Below, in pieces: positions 22,603 through 32,916 of a stretch of 33,690 nt of DNA (position 1 is its first letter; the number at the start of each line of letters is the position of its first letter). The notes below the pieces were generated by a model, which saw only the letters and a list, made by a program, of their open reading frames with translations, ran no database searches and was not told where the DNA came from. Position numbers and translations under genes: made by a program. Source of the stretch: a virus (taxonomy: Duplodnaviria; Caudoviricetes); the IMG/VR virus record IMGVR_UViG_3300038829_000106, positions 1 to 33,690 of that record; one strand, given 5' to 3'.

Positions 22603-25600
22603 ATGGCCCTCCAGTTTCAGATCTCGCAGACGCCGTTTCGTTTCGGCCTCGCCGAGAACACGGACCCGCACGCGGTTCCTCTCGGCACACTTACGACGGC
22701 CGACAACGTTGTTTGGAAGAAGAGCGGCAGGCTCGAGAAACGCTTCGGCTACTCGGCGTTGACCGCCAGCATTCTCAGCGGCGGCAGTCTGTCCAAGTGC
22801 GTCCGCCTGGTGACTCGCGACAAGGAACTGTCGCTTTTCGACGGGAACAACCTCTACTCGTACTCTGCGCCGCAAACCAAGTGGAACGCGGTCGACCGGC
22901 TTCCCCCGCTAAGGGCGACATGGGAACCGCTGGTGGACTCCTCCACGACGGCGGGGGACTGCGACGTGGCCGTCTGGGGAGACGTCCTCGTTTACGCGTA
23001 TGTTGCGGCGACGGGGGCAGCCGGAGCGATATGGGTCCAGGCTCGCGAGCGCTCCACGGGAGTCACGGTCGCTAAGCCGCTCCTCGTCGCCGCGAGCGGT
23101 GGAACCCCGCGTGTTCTCATCCGCGGAACGACGGCGCTCATCCTCTACACGACCAGCGCGACGCTCTACGTGCGTGAGTTGAACCTGCTGACGGGGGCGT
23201 TCGTCGCCGCGTCACATGTTCTCTACTCGGACCTGTACTCCAGCGGGCCCATGTATGACGCGATGATGGTCGGCACCGACCTTCTCATCGGCTACGCACG
23301 ATATCGCGCGCACATCTTCCTCGTCGACTCTTGGAAAAACTACAGCGACATCCGAGTCATCCGCACAAGCTCCACCTACGTTGAGCAGGCGGCCAACACG
23401 CTGGAATCCGTCTACGTTGGCGAACCATGGGTTCCGGTCGTGCGGTGCCTCTGCATCCACGCGACGGCTGGCGAGAGCATGTACGTTGCGTATTCGCGCA
23501 CGAACAACTCCGGGACTCCTGAAGTCCAATCGATGATCGGAGTCGTTGACGCGAGCACCATGGCGATTACGGGCTCGCCAACGCAAGTGCTTGGCCGAAC
23601 CTCGGCGCGGGTTGGTGTAGTTCGGTACAACGCGACCTCGTGCGTCTACATCGGCAGCGACACGACCCCCGGCACGTCCGCCTATTACGAGCGCATCGAG
23701 TCGTTCCTCGTGTCCAATGCCAGCGCGAAGGTGGCGAACACGACGCGCGTGACCGTGCACTCTGCGATCGTGTCCAAGCCGTTCACGATTGGCGGCCGGT
23801 TCTACATCGTCACATCGACCAACTGCCGCTACACCGAAAGCGACACGCAAGTCATTCCGCAGCCGACTCATACACTGATTGAGATCGACACGGTCGCGAG
23901 CTCCACGTCGAACAACACCAGCCACTGGCACATCGGAACACTCAACCCGCGAACCGCAGCGCACAACACGGTAGAGACTGACACGTGGGGCAACCAGTAT
24001 ACGTCGTTTATCACGAGCGTTGCGGCCGCGGCTGACGGGTCGATGGTGGTCGCCGTGCCTCGAGCCACCGACCCCCAGATTCATTACGAGAAGGTCGCCC
24101 GCGCTTGCGACGTCGCGACGTTCTCGGTGGTCTCGACGTCGGACGATCAAGCTCGCGTCGTTCAGGTCGGCCAGTTGTCCGCGCTTGCGGGGGCAACGGG
24201 CGGGTTCTTCGACGGGGAGATCATGAACCCCTTCGGATTCCTGCACGAGCCGTTCGTTCAAACGAGCGTTGCCATCGCCGGCTCGGGCACGCTCACGAAC
24301 GGCACCTACCTCTACTCGTTCGTTTACGAATGGCGAGACGCGGTTGGCATCCTGCACCGCTCCGCGGCGACCGTTCCGATTTCGTTTTTCATCGATACCA
24401 ACAACCTTGGCGTCACACATACGGTCCTGTACGACGCGGCCAGCCCTAAGCAGAATGTAAGCTCCGGATTCTACACGTCTGGGGCCTCTCCCGCTCTCGT
24501 GGTCCCCTACCGGAGCATCAAGGCCGGTACCGTCCTCTACCGGATGCCCGCATCGGTGCTGTGGGCCAACGACCCGCTAAGCCACTCGCACAGCTGGGCT
24601 GACACCAACGCGGATACCGTGCTCGCTGGTCGCCCCGTGCTCTACACGACGGGCGGCATCCTTGACGACGACGTGCCCCCCGCGCTGTCGACGATCGTCA
24701 TGCACCGCTCCCGCATCTGGGGAATCGACGGCGGCGGCAAAACCATCTGGTTCACCAAGTCGACGCAGGATGACTTTGGAGTCGCGCCGGCGTTCAACTC
24801 GACGCTGCGAGTCCTGTCAGATCGGAGCATGACGGCCCTCGCGTCGATGGATGACAAGCTCGTCGTATTCGGAGCGGATTGGATCTCCTACGTCCTCGGC
24901 GACGGCCCCGGCCCCAACGGCCAAGGAAGCGACCTGACGCCGCTCAACCCCGTGCAGACGGACTCGGGCTGCGCCAACCCGCGCAGCGTTGTGAGCATGC
25001 CCGATGGCATCATGTTCCAAACCTCGCGAGGCATCTGCCTTCTGACGCGCGGCCTCGAGGTTGTGTGGATTGGGCGCCCCATCAAGGACCGCCTCGCTGC
25101 CTACCCGTGCATCACAAGTGCCGTGCTGGTTGCGAAGTACAACCAAGTCCGATTCACATGCAACGACCTGGCGAGCTCCCCCACGGCCGGCATCGTGCTC
25201 GTGTTCGACTACGTCGAAAAGCAGTGGTCGACATTCTCGCTGCGAGACGCGGACGTCTACCCGTCGCCTGTCGCTGACGCGGTCGTGTGCAACGGCGTGT
25301 ACACGTGGGCCACGCCCGGCGGCGCCGTCTACCAGGAGACCGAGAGCACCTACCTAGACAACGGGACTTGGGTTCCGCTGACGATCGAGACGGCGTGGAT
25401 GTCGGCCGCGGGCCCGCTGGCATTCCAGTCGGTGCGCTCTTTGGTGTTCGAGGGTACGTCGGGATCGAACCATGATCTAACCGTGGAACTCGGCTTCGAT
25501 GGATCCACCGATTATCAGCAATCCCACACGTTTGTGGCCGGCAGCGACGTGACGAGGACGGGATTCCTCTCCGGCGCCATCACCGTTGGCACTCGTCGCA

Positions 25601-25755
25601 AATGTCAGCACCTTCGAGTGCGCTGGACCGACGCCACGCCGTCTATCCCGACGATGTGGCCAGTTGGCACGGGACAGGGGCCATCCCTGGACACCATGGG
25701 CCTGGAGGTTGGCGTCAAGATTGGAACTGCTTCTGTCGCCGCAAAGAGGGGATGA
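22603..25755 (+). CDS. Tail nozzle / stabilisation protein (tubular B / P22 gp10-like, beta-propeller)
   Basis: ATG 22603 after GAGGG; GL....DP...P......DNV...K.G.L.KR.G N-terminus; GC.NPRSVV...DGI.F...RGI; 1050 aa. Confidence 0.75.
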   Translation: MALQFQISQTPFRFGLAENTDPHAVPLGTLTTADNVVWKKSGRLEKRFGYSALTASILSGGSLSKCVRLVTRDKELSLFDGNNLYSYSAPQTKWNAVDRLPPLRATWEPLVDSSTTAGDCDVAVWGDVLVYAYVAATGAAGAIWVQARERSTGVTVAKPLLVAASGGTPRVLIRGTTALILYTTSATLYVRELNLLTGAFVAASHVLYSDLYSSGPMYDAMMVGTDLLIGYARYRAHIFLVDSWKNYSDIRVIRTSSTYVEQAANTLESVYVGEPWVPVVRCLCIHATAGESMYVAYSRTNNSGTPEVQSMIGVVDASTMAITGSPTQVLGRTSARVGVVRYNATSCVYIGSDTTPGTSAYYERIESFLVSNASAKVANTTRVTVHSAIVSKPFTIGGRFYIVTSTNCRYTESDTQVIPQPTHTLIEIDTVASSTSNNTSHWHIGTLNPRTAAHNTVETDTWGNQYTSFITSVAAAADGSMVVAVPRATDPQIHYEKVARACDVATFSVVSTSDDQARVVQVGQLSALAGATGGFFDGEIMNPFGFLHEPFVQTSVAIAGSGTLTNGTYLYSFVYEWRDAVGILHRSAATVPISFFIDTNNLGVTHTVLYDAASPKQNVSSGFYTSGASPALVVPYRSIKAGTVLYRMPASVLWANDPLSHSHSWADTNADTVLAGRPVLYTTGGILDDDVPPALSTIVMHRSRIWGIDGGGKTIWFTKSTQDDFGVAPAFNSTLRVLSDRSMTALASMDDKLVVFGADWISYVLGDGPGPNGQGSDLTPLNPVQTDSGCANPRSVVSMPDGIMFQTSRGICLLTRGLEVVWIGRPIKDRLAAYPCITSAVLVAKYNQVRFTCNDLASSPTAGIVLVFDYVEKQWSTFSLRDADVYPSPVADAVVCNGVYTWATPGGAVYQETESTYLDNGTWVPLTIETAWMSAAGPLAFQSVRSLVFEGTSGSNHDLTVELGFDGSTDYQQSHTFVAGSDVTRTGFLSGAITVGTRRKCQHLRVRWTDATPSIPTMWPVGTGQGPSLDTMGLEVGVKIGTASVAAKRG

Positions 25756-25758
25756 GAT

Positions 25759-27279
25759 ATGAATAATTACGATAACCCACTAGCGAACGGCGACCCGAAC
25801 GCCCCCGGACGTGACGACACGTCGAATCTCAAGAATCTTCAGCGTGACCGCGGTTCGCTAGGTGGGCAGGCTCGGAGATACGACGAGAACGGCAACCCGA
25901 TCGCCGGCAGCGCCGACAACGCCACGTCGCGGGCCCAGAGCATGGGCGAAGCGGCCGCGGCCCGTGACGCGTACCGGGCCGACTATGGCGGCTACGACGC
26001 GCAGGCGGCGAACGCGCAGGCCTCGCGAGCTCAGGGCGAGGGAGCCATGGGATTGCAGGCCGCTGCGGCTCGAGGCGATGCGCCGAGCAGGGCGGAGATT
26101 CTCGGCCGCACGATTGCCGACCAGTCGCTGCAAGCCCAGATGTCTGGCGCAGCGTCGGCTCGTGGCGGCTCACTTGCACAAGCGGCGGCGATGCGGAACG
26201 CGGCCAGCGGCGCGGCGCAGTATTCGCAGAACGCCAACAACCAGATCGCGGGCATGCGTGCCGAGGAAATGGCGCACGCGCGGGACGCGTACGCCGCTCA
26301 GGCCAACGCGATGCGAGGGCAAGATCAGCAGGGCGGTCGTTTGGCGCTCGAGCGGTCCGGCCAGGAAACGCAAAACGAGCAGTTCCAGCGCGGCCTGAAC
26401 CAGCAGGGCCAGCAGTTCGGCGAGCAAATGGGCTTCGACATCCAGAAGCAGCAGCAGCAAGGCGAGCTTGCGGTCATGGGCGCGCAGAACGCGGCGGACC
26501 AACATCAGAAGGACGTAAACCAGCACTCCAAGGATTCCTTCTGGGACACAACCCTGAAGCTTGGTGGAGCCGCTGTACAAGGCGCAGGCGGTCTCGCTGC
26601 GGGCATCAAGAGCGACGAAAAAGCGAAAGTGCCCGCGAATGCCGCGGAGGCGCCAGGCAAGGGGGCGTCGATGGATTGGGGAGGCATTGGCAATGCCGTT
26701 GCGGGCAAGATGGGCGCTAGCTGGGCTGGATACACCCCCGGCACCGTTCAGCGGCTTAGCGACGAGAACGCCAAGACCTCTGTCGGCAACGGGATGGTTG
26801 TCTCGGGCGGCGGCATGGACGTCATGGGCAGCCTCAAGGCGACGAGCGACATCGCTACGCAGTATGCGCGCGATGGTCGAGCGCAGGCCGTGGCCTCGCC
26901 GATGGGCAACATGGAGGTCAGCGACGAGAACGGCAAATGCGGCCTCGCCTCTGCAGCTGCGCAGCGCTCGGGCGAGAACCCCGCAGCGAAGGAGAACCCC
27001 GCGAGCCTCGTCGAGATGGAGGACGCGAACCGCCGCCAGCAGGGCTACGAGTACAGCTACAAGCCTGGCCTCGCTCCGCCTGAGCAAGAGCCTGGAGAGG
27101 TGAACGTGGGGCCGATGGCCCAAAGCCTCGCGAAGAATCCGTTGACGGCCACCGCGGTCAAGCGCGACCCGGGCACGGGCCTGCTCGTGCTCGACTCGAG
27201 CAAGCTGCAGAAGGTGCAGAGCGCAAGCATTGCAAGTTTGCAAGCTCAGATTGACAAGCTGAAAGGCGGTAAGCGGTAA
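25759..27279 (+). CDS. Internal virion/ejection protein with a C-terminal peptidase S74-like chaperone domain
   Basis: Ala/Gln/Gly-rich helical body; SDxxxK motifs; Y.Y.YK...GPMAQ.L.K.P....V...G.L.LD and a final coiled coil. Confidence 0.7.
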   Translation: MNNYDNPLANGDPNAPGRDDTSNLKNLQRDRGSLGGQARRYDENGNPIAGSADNATSRAQSMGEAAAARDAYRADYGGYDAQAANAQASRAQGEGAMGLQAAAARGDAPSRAEILGRTIADQSLQAQMSGAASARGGSLAQAAAMRNAASGAAQYSQNANNQIAGMRAEEMAHARDAYAAQANAMRGQDQQGGRLALERSGQETQNEQFQRGLNQQGQQFGEQMGFDIQKQQQQGELAVMGAQNAADQHQKDVNQHSKDSFWDTTLKLGGAAVQGAGGLAAGIKSDEKAKVPANAAEAPGKGASMDWGGIGNAVAGKMGASWAGYTPGTVQRLSDENAKTSVGNGMVVSGGGMDVMGSLKATSDIATQYARDGRAQAVASPMGNMEVSDENGKCGLASAAAQRSGENPAAKENPASLVEMEDANRRQQGYEYSYKPGLAPPEQEPGEVNVGPMAQSLAKNPLTATAVKRDPGTGLLVLDSSKLQKVQSASIASLQAQIDKLKGGKR

Positions 27280-29027
27280 TGGGGATCGTCGGACGCCTGA
27301 CAGATCAGTACGGGCTTACGCCAGAGACAGCGGAAAGGCTGTCATCGTTGGCGGCCGAGCCTGACGGGTACTCGCCCGAGGCCATGCAGCGCGCTCTCGA
27401 GAAGTACACGACGAAGCCGGAGGACCTCGCAACGGCCGCCCGAGTGAACGTCGGTAGCGCGCCTTCGGTTGCGTCGACGAATCCCAACCAGCAGCCCGGG
27501 TATTCGCCCGACGCTGAAAGCGTCGCAGACGCGGTCGAGACTCGCCGCAAACTTCTCGCGGGCGCGCCCCCGCAAGGCGCGAAGAAGGACGACTTCCCAA
27601 CGGTCAAGGACATGTCCGAGCAGGAGCATGGCGCGCCCATGCCCATGCAACCTATCCAGGTTATCCCGGCGCATTGGCAACCCGGTACGCGGGCGGAGAA
27701 CCGCACGCTCGGCATGGCTCCCTCGGAGCTCGAAGACTCGCGCGTAAGCCACGACAGCGCAACGGGGCATCGCCTCATCGGCGCGGACCGCGGGCTCGAA
27801 GCGGCGCAGCAGCGCGGGATGGCTGACGCTGTTTACGCGGCGGCGCACACTGCAGCGACGAAGCAAGCCAACGACAAGATCGCAGCCAACGAAGCCGAAA
27901 AGCAGGCATTTGTCGCGTCGCAGGTGAGCAAGATGAACGCGCACGCCGCGGAGATGCAGACAAAGGTCGACCCCGAACAGTACTGGAAGGAGAAGGGCAC
28001 ATTCGGGAAGGTCATGGCCAGCATTGGAATGGCGATGGGGGCGTTCGGTTCCGCGATATCCGGCGGTCGCAACCTCGCCTTCGACATCGTGCAGGGCGAC
28101 ATCAACCAGAACATCAAGGCGCAAGTTGACAATATCGCCAATGCAAAGCACTCCTTCGAAGCCCAGCAGAGCCTATATGCGCAAAACCTTGCAAGGTTCG
28201 GCGACAAAGAAAAGGCGATTCTCACAACCAAGATCAACTATCTCGATCAGGTCAAGGCGATGGCCGATCAGCAGTATGCCCTCGCTGGCAGCACGGCAAA
28301 CGAGGCGGCGCACTCTGATTTGACGGCGAAGATCTTGGACGAGCGCGGGCGACATGAAGAGGACTTCGCGAAGCTGACGCATACGCAAGTGCAGCAGCAC
28401 GAGGACGGGCACTATCAGGGCGCGCAGGTTGTTGGTGGAGGCGGCGGCGGAGCAAGTGGCAAAGGTGGCAAAGAGGACCACCTCGTACCGACCATGGGGG
28501 GCTACGCGCGCAGCAAGGAAGACGCGACCGCGCTCAACAACAAGGGCGCGCTTCGTATGGCGATGGGCGAAAACATGCGCCAGATCCATGCGCTCATGGA
28601 AACGGCAAAGGGTCTCAGCTCGGTCACGGATCCATGGAAGCTCAACGATATCCAGGCGGAGATCGACAGGCTTGTGAACGACTCGCTCACTAAAAACACG
28701 GTGCTCGAAGGCCAGGGCGCCATGTCGAAGGACGACAAGGAGGTCGCGATGCGCGCGAAGGGCCTCGTGGGCCTCTCGGTTCGCGGAAAGTTCGATGGGC
28801 AAATCACGCGCGACCAGGTTCGCATCAAGCACGCTGCGGACTCCCTTTTGACCGCACACCGAATGGACGCCGAGGCGCACGGGATTCAGCTTGGAACCGA
28901 GCGGTATACCCAGGGCCCGAACGGGCCGACCCCGACGCGCGTACTCCGTGGCCGCAACAAGACGGTCACCAAGCAAACTCAGGGCGTCGAGGACCTTGTA
29001 GCCCCGCCCGACGGCAAGGCGCGCTGA
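27279..29027 (+). CDS. Internal virion/ejection protein
   Basis: TAATG coupling; helical, VDP..YW and Gly-rich amphipathic segment; position. Confidence 0.65.
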   Translation: MGIVGRLTDQYGLTPETAERLSSLAAEPDGYSPEAMQRALEKYTTKPEDLATAARVNVGSAPSVASTNPNQQPGYSPDAESVADAVETRRKLLAGAPPQGAKKDDFPTVKDMSEQEHGAPMPMQPIQVIPAHWQPGTRAENRTLGMAPSELEDSRVSHDSATGHRLIGADRGLEAAQQRGMADAVYAAAHTAATKQANDKIAANEAEKQAFVASQVSKMNAHAAEMQTKVDPEQYWKEKGTFGKVMASIGMAMGAFGSAISGGRNLAFDIVQGDINQNIKAQVDNIANAKHSFEAQQSLYAQNLARFGDKEKAILTTKINYLDQVKAMADQQYALAGSTANEAAHSDLTAKILDERGRHEEDFAKLTHTQVQQHEDGHYQGAQVVGGGGGGASGKGGKEDHLVPTMGGYARSKEDATALNNKGALRMAMGENMRQIHALMETAKGLSSVTDPWKLNDIQAEIDRLVNDSLTKNTVLEGQGAMSKDDKEVAMRAKGLVGLSVRGKFDGQITRDQVRIKHAADSLLTAHRMDAEAHGIQLGTERYTQGPNGPTPTRVLRGRNKTVTKQTQGVEDLVAPPDGKAR

Positions 29028-31747
29028 TGGCTGACAAGCCGAAGCCGACACACGTCCCTGTCGTCACCAAGTCGGGACGAGCGGGCTACCTGCCGGCGGC
29101 GATCTCCGACGAAGTGGAGGGCATGGGCCTCCGTCGCGCGTCGGATGAGGACCTCCGCGGAGCGCAGGTCGAGGCCAACCGCGAAGCGACGGCGCAAGCG
29201 CTTCGCGACAAGTTCAGCGGCAGCGTCGGCGCGCAGGTCGAGGGCGCCGTTATGCCGGCACTTGCCGGTGCGGCTCGCGGACTTTCGCTTGGCGGCAGCG
29301 ACGAATTCATTACGAACATCGGCGGCGAGGGCGCACGCAAACGACTCGAGGACTATAAGGACTTCGCGCCGGTGTCCTCAGCCGTTGGTGAACTTGGCGC
29401 CATCGCAGGCGCGTCGCTTCTGGGCGACGAAAGCACGCTTGGTGCGCTCCCCAATGCGATCGCTCGACTCGGCGCGGGGGCGGAGAGCATGGCGCTCCGC
29501 GCTGGCCGTGGCGCGCTTGCTCGTGGCGCCGGAGTTCTCGCCAAGGGTGCGGCTGAGGGCGCGGTCTACGGGGCGGGGAGCGCCGTTAGTGAGGCCGCCC
29601 TAAAGGACCAGCGGCTGACAGGCGAGGCGCTCGTTGGTGGGGCTTTCCACGGCGCGCTCGGCGGAGCGGTGGCAAGCGGCGTGCTCCACGGCGCGGGAGC
29701 GGCACTGGGTGGCGTCAAGAGCGCCTTCGGGGGGCTCCGAGCGCCGAAAGCGTCGGCGGTTGAGGCCATTGCGGCGCGCGAGTTTGGTGAGGCCGCGCCG
29801 GGCGTTGGCAAGGCCGTTGCGACCGGTGAGGCGGGCCCATACCGGACCACGGGCGGCGTAGCTGGCACGGCCGCGGATACCTACATCGGGGCGCGGAACG
29901 TCGTCGCGCCCGCCAAGACTCCCGAGCTTGAAGCGATCTGGAAGAACCGCCAAATCGCTTTCAACGACTCCGCGGAACGCGTTGAGAGGCACGCGCGGGA
30001 GTTGACCGAGGCGATCTCCGTCCAGCAAAAGGCGGCGAAGGTCACGGACGCAGCGACCTTTGGTGAGTCAAAGACCAACCACATGGTCAAGCTCGTCGAC
30101 CGGGAGCAGTTCGTACCTCAGGCCGAACGCGCCATGGATTGGATGCACCGCGCCCAGGCGGAGATCGGACTGCTCGCAGAGAATCCGGCCGTGACCGGAT
30201 TCGCGCCGCGACAAGCGAAGGCCCTCGAGGGCCACATGCTTCGAATGACGCAGGCCATGGAGAAGGGCGACTCGGTCGCGCTCTTCACGGCGCTAGACAA
30301 CGCCAAGCGCTTCGTCGGTCGCGAGGCGCAATTCGGGCGCGGGGCGACGGGCCTATCCGAGACGGCGCGCGCATTCGACGGCCTGTACCAGGGTGAAGGC
30401 GGCCTCATGCACGTCCTCGAGGACGCGTCATGGGGCAAGGCCGGAGAGGCGCAGAAGGTCGTCAACGCGGCGACCACGCAAAGCATCGGTCTCGGCAAGC
30501 GGTTCCGAACTGGGTTCACGACCGAATACGGGGCAGAGGCCGGGCGTCCGGACTTCGTTGGCAACAGCGAAAAGGTCTCCAGTTTTCTGGGCCGGCTCAC
30601 CAAGGCCGCTAACGACAACGACGCCACCGCCGTGCGAGACATGATCGCGACGCGGCGCAAGTTCCTCGATGCAACGTCCGGCAGTTACGATCACGGCGCG
30701 GAAGCCACGGCCGCGATTGCCGCCGAACGCAAAGCGCTCGACTCGATGGAAGCCACGTTCGGAACGGCGACCAAAGAGACGGCGCTCATCAACCAGGTCA
30801 AGCGGCTTCAGTCTGAAGAGCAGGCGGGCAGGATTGGCGGCTTCCTCGGTCTCGCGGTCGACTCTGCCACAAAGCCGGTCACGATGCTCCAACGCATCGC
30901 CGCTCTTGAAGACCACACCGAGGGCGTACTCAAGGGCATCTCGAGGGGATCGAGCGATCTCGTGGGAGGCGCGCCCAGCAAAGCGGCCGGACTGCCGCCT
31001 CCAAAGAGTGGAGCGCGTGGGTTTTTCTCCACCCTAATCAACTCCACCAAACCCATTGGCGGGCCCGCAACCACGGTCGTCGCCGCAGGCGGGTCGAAGG
31101 TGGCACGAGCTCGCTTCGAAGATGAGGCCGCTCGGATTACGAGCCTGAAGGCGAACCCCGCAGCGCTCTCAAGTCGCGTCGGCGAAGCGTTCGCGCCAAT
31201 GGGGGCCGCGACACCGAAGACCACGGCCGCCGCTACGAGCACGGCCATTGCGGGCGTCGCATTCCTTGCGTCGAAGCTTCCGCCGTCGCGCCAAGATCCA
31301 TTCACGCTGCAACCCCAATTGCAGCAAACAAGCCGCGCGAGCGATTCGGAGATCTCGAAGTTCTCGAGGTACAAAGAGGCGCTCGATAACCCGATGATGG
31401 TCCTCAAGGAGGCCAAGTCTGGCACGTTGACGCGCGAGCATGTCGAGGCCGTCAAGGCCGTCTACCCGGCGCTGTACAGCGAGATGCGCAACCAGGTCAT
31501 GGCGGCCGTCGTCGATTCGAAGTCAGAGCTACCGTATGGCCGTCGAATTCAGTTGGGAATTCTGCTAGATATTCCAACGGACAAGACGCTGTCTCCAGAC
31601 TTCCTGACAGCCATTCAGGCCACCTATTCCCCCGCAGAAAAAGCGGGCAACGACGTACCGGCGCCAACCAGAGCGCCACACCTCAACGTCGCAAGCTCGT
31701 TTTTCACGTCTACGCAAAATGCAACGCAGGAAGGATTGGAGCGGTAG
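29027..31747 (+). CDS. Large internal virion/ejection protein
   Basis: 906 aa; GAARGLSLG.SD and Ala/Gly-rich membrane-active segments; TGATG coupling. Confidence 0.7.
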   Translation: MADKPKPTHVPVVTKSGRAGYLPAAISDEVEGMGLRRASDEDLRGAQVEANREATAQALRDKFSGSVGAQVEGAVMPALAGAARGLSLGGSDEFITNIGGEGARKRLEDYKDFAPVSSAVGELGAIAGASLLGDESTLGALPNAIARLGAGAESMALRAGRGALARGAGVLAKGAAEGAVYGAGSAVSEAALKDQRLTGEALVGGAFHGALGGAVASGVLHGAGAALGGVKSAFGGLRAPKASAVEAIAAREFGEAAPGVGKAVATGEAGPYRTTGGVAGTAADTYIGARNVVAPAKTPELEAIWKNRQIAFNDSAERVERHARELTEAISVQQKAAKVTDAATFGESKTNHMVKLVDREQFVPQAERAMDWMHRAQAEIGLLAENPAVTGFAPRQAKALEGHMLRMTQAMEKGDSVALFTALDNAKRFVGREAQFGRGATGLSETARAFDGLYQGEGGLMHVLEDASWGKAGEAQKVVNAATTQSIGLGKRFRTGFTTEYGAEAGRPDFVGNSEKVSSFLGRLTKAANDNDATAVRDMIATRRKFLDATSGSYDHGAEATAAIAAERKALDSMEATFGTATKETALINQVKRLQSEEQAGRIGGFLGLAVDSATKPVTMLQRIAALEDHTEGVLKGISRGSSDLVGGAPSKAAGLPPPKSGARGFFSTLINSTKPIGGPATTVVAAGGSKVARARFEDEAARITSLKANPAALSSRVGEAFAPMGAATPKTTAAATSTAIAGVAFLASKLPPSRQDPFTLQPQLQQTSRASDSEISKFSRYKEALDNPMMVLKEAKSGTLTREHVEAVKAVYPALYSEMRNQVMAAVVDSKSELPYGRRIQLGILLDIPTDKTLSPDFLTAIQATYSPAEKAGNDVPAPTRAPHLNVASSFFTSTQNATQEGLER

Positions 31748-31749
31748 TC

Positions 31750-32163
31750 ATGAGTGCAGGTGTTTGGACAATGGGAAAGAACGACCCTCCCTCATCGGGG
31801 GTCAACGCAAGTCCGAGCGACGGATTCAAGCGGTCGACGTCGGGTACGGCGGCGGGCACGGCGGGTATCGTCGTCAGCGCGAAGCCAGGTCGACCGTACC
31901 GAGTCCTCGTGCAGAACGGCGCCGCGACCGCGTACTACGTGCAGCTATTCGACAAGGCGACGGCGCCCGTCAACGCCGACGTTCCTATCTGGTCGAAGCG
32001 CATGGCCGCGAGCAGCGAATGCGAGATCGACCTGACAAACATCAACGGTCTCCAATGTGCGCTGGGCATCGGGCTTGCGATCAGTTCCACGGCGGGCGCG
32101 CTCACGCTCGCCATCGCCACTGACATCGCGTTTCGATCCGTTGTTTACACGGCGGCGCCATAA
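31750..32163 (+). CDS. Small virion protein (beta-sandwich, tail accessory)
   Basis: YYVQLFDKATAP...GIGLAISST motif; GGAG RBS. Confidence 0.6.
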   Translation: MSAGVWTMGKNDPPSSGVNASPSDGFKRSTSGTAAGTAGIVVSAKPGRPYRVLVQNGAATAYYVQLFDKATAPVNADVPIWSKRMAASSECEIDLTNINGLQCALGIGLAISSTAGALTLAIATDIAFRSVVYTAAP

Positions 32164-32484
32164 ATGAGCGGCGTGGTCTACCTCGGCCCTGTGGCGCCAG
32201 AAGCCTATGTGGTCGACGTTGTGCCGGGCACGAGCGGGGTAGACCTCTCCACCGTTACCGATGCGGCCTTGCTTGTTTTGAGGCCGGACGGGGCGGAGGT
32301 CGTGTGGTCTGTCACGCGATCGAATCAGACTGCGTCCACCCTCACCCTCACACATGTATTCGAGGCGACAGACGTTGATGTGGTTGGAGAGTACGGCGTT
32401 TATGCAGCCATGACGATTCCGGCGGGAACGGTCCGCTCAGAGCCGAGGTCCTTTCCTGGACTTGGTCGATTCGACACTACCTAG
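32164..32484 (+). CDS. BppU-N-like adaptor domain protein
   Basis: VDLS......L.RPDG...W.......L...F...DVD..G.Y pattern. Confidence 0.55.
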   Translation: MSGVVYLGPVAPEAYVVDVVPGTSGVDLSTVTDAALLVLRPDGAEVVWSVTRSNQTASTLTLTHVFEATDVDVVGEYGVYAAMTIPAGTVRSEPRSFPGLGRFDTT

Positions 32485-32505
32485 ACAGCACACTGGAGAT
32501 CTACC

Positions 32506-32913
32506 ATGACTATTCAGTTTTCCGTAGCAGTTCGAAACACACGCCTCGATGGCATTGAAACAAGTATTGGCGGCACTGCAGTTCTTCGGATCCGCAGTGG
32601 GACCGTCCCCGCCACGTGCGCAACCGCGGACGCGGGCACGGTGCTAGCGACGCTGTCATTGCCTGCTGACTGGATGGCCGCGGCGTCCGCTGGCGCGAAA
32701 GGCATGGCGGGGACGTGGGCGGACAGCAGCGCCGACGCTTCAGGTACGGCCGCGCATTTCCGAATCTACGAGTCGACGGGCACAACCTGCGGAATCCAGG
32801 GCACCATAACGGCGGCGGGCGGCGGCGGGGATATGATACTGGACAACGTCGTGCTCGCGTCCGGGCAGTCGTTCTCGATCACAACGTTCACCCTCACCGA
32901 TGGGAATGCGTGA
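32506..32913 (+). CDS. Tail fibre-associated structural protein
   Basis: GGAG RBS; RN..LD......L.I.SG..P.....A..T.LA...A.ASGTA..FRI pattern common in phage tail modules. Confidence 0.65.
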   Translation: MTIQFSVAVRNTRLDGIETSIGGTAVLRIRSGTVPATCATADAGTVLATLSLPADWMAAASAGAKGMAGTWADSSADASGTAAHFRIYESTGTTCGIQGTITAAGGGGDMILDNVVLASGQSFSITTFTLTDGNA

Positions 32914-32916
32914 CCC

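Noticed and set aside
17165-31455. Many long antisense and alternative-frame ORFs over the structural genes (for example 18149-19300, 19578-21041, 23212-24420, 26170-27243)
   Set aside because: These are expected shadows of high-GC codon bias, with no motifs or RBS, and they lie fully over well-supported genes.
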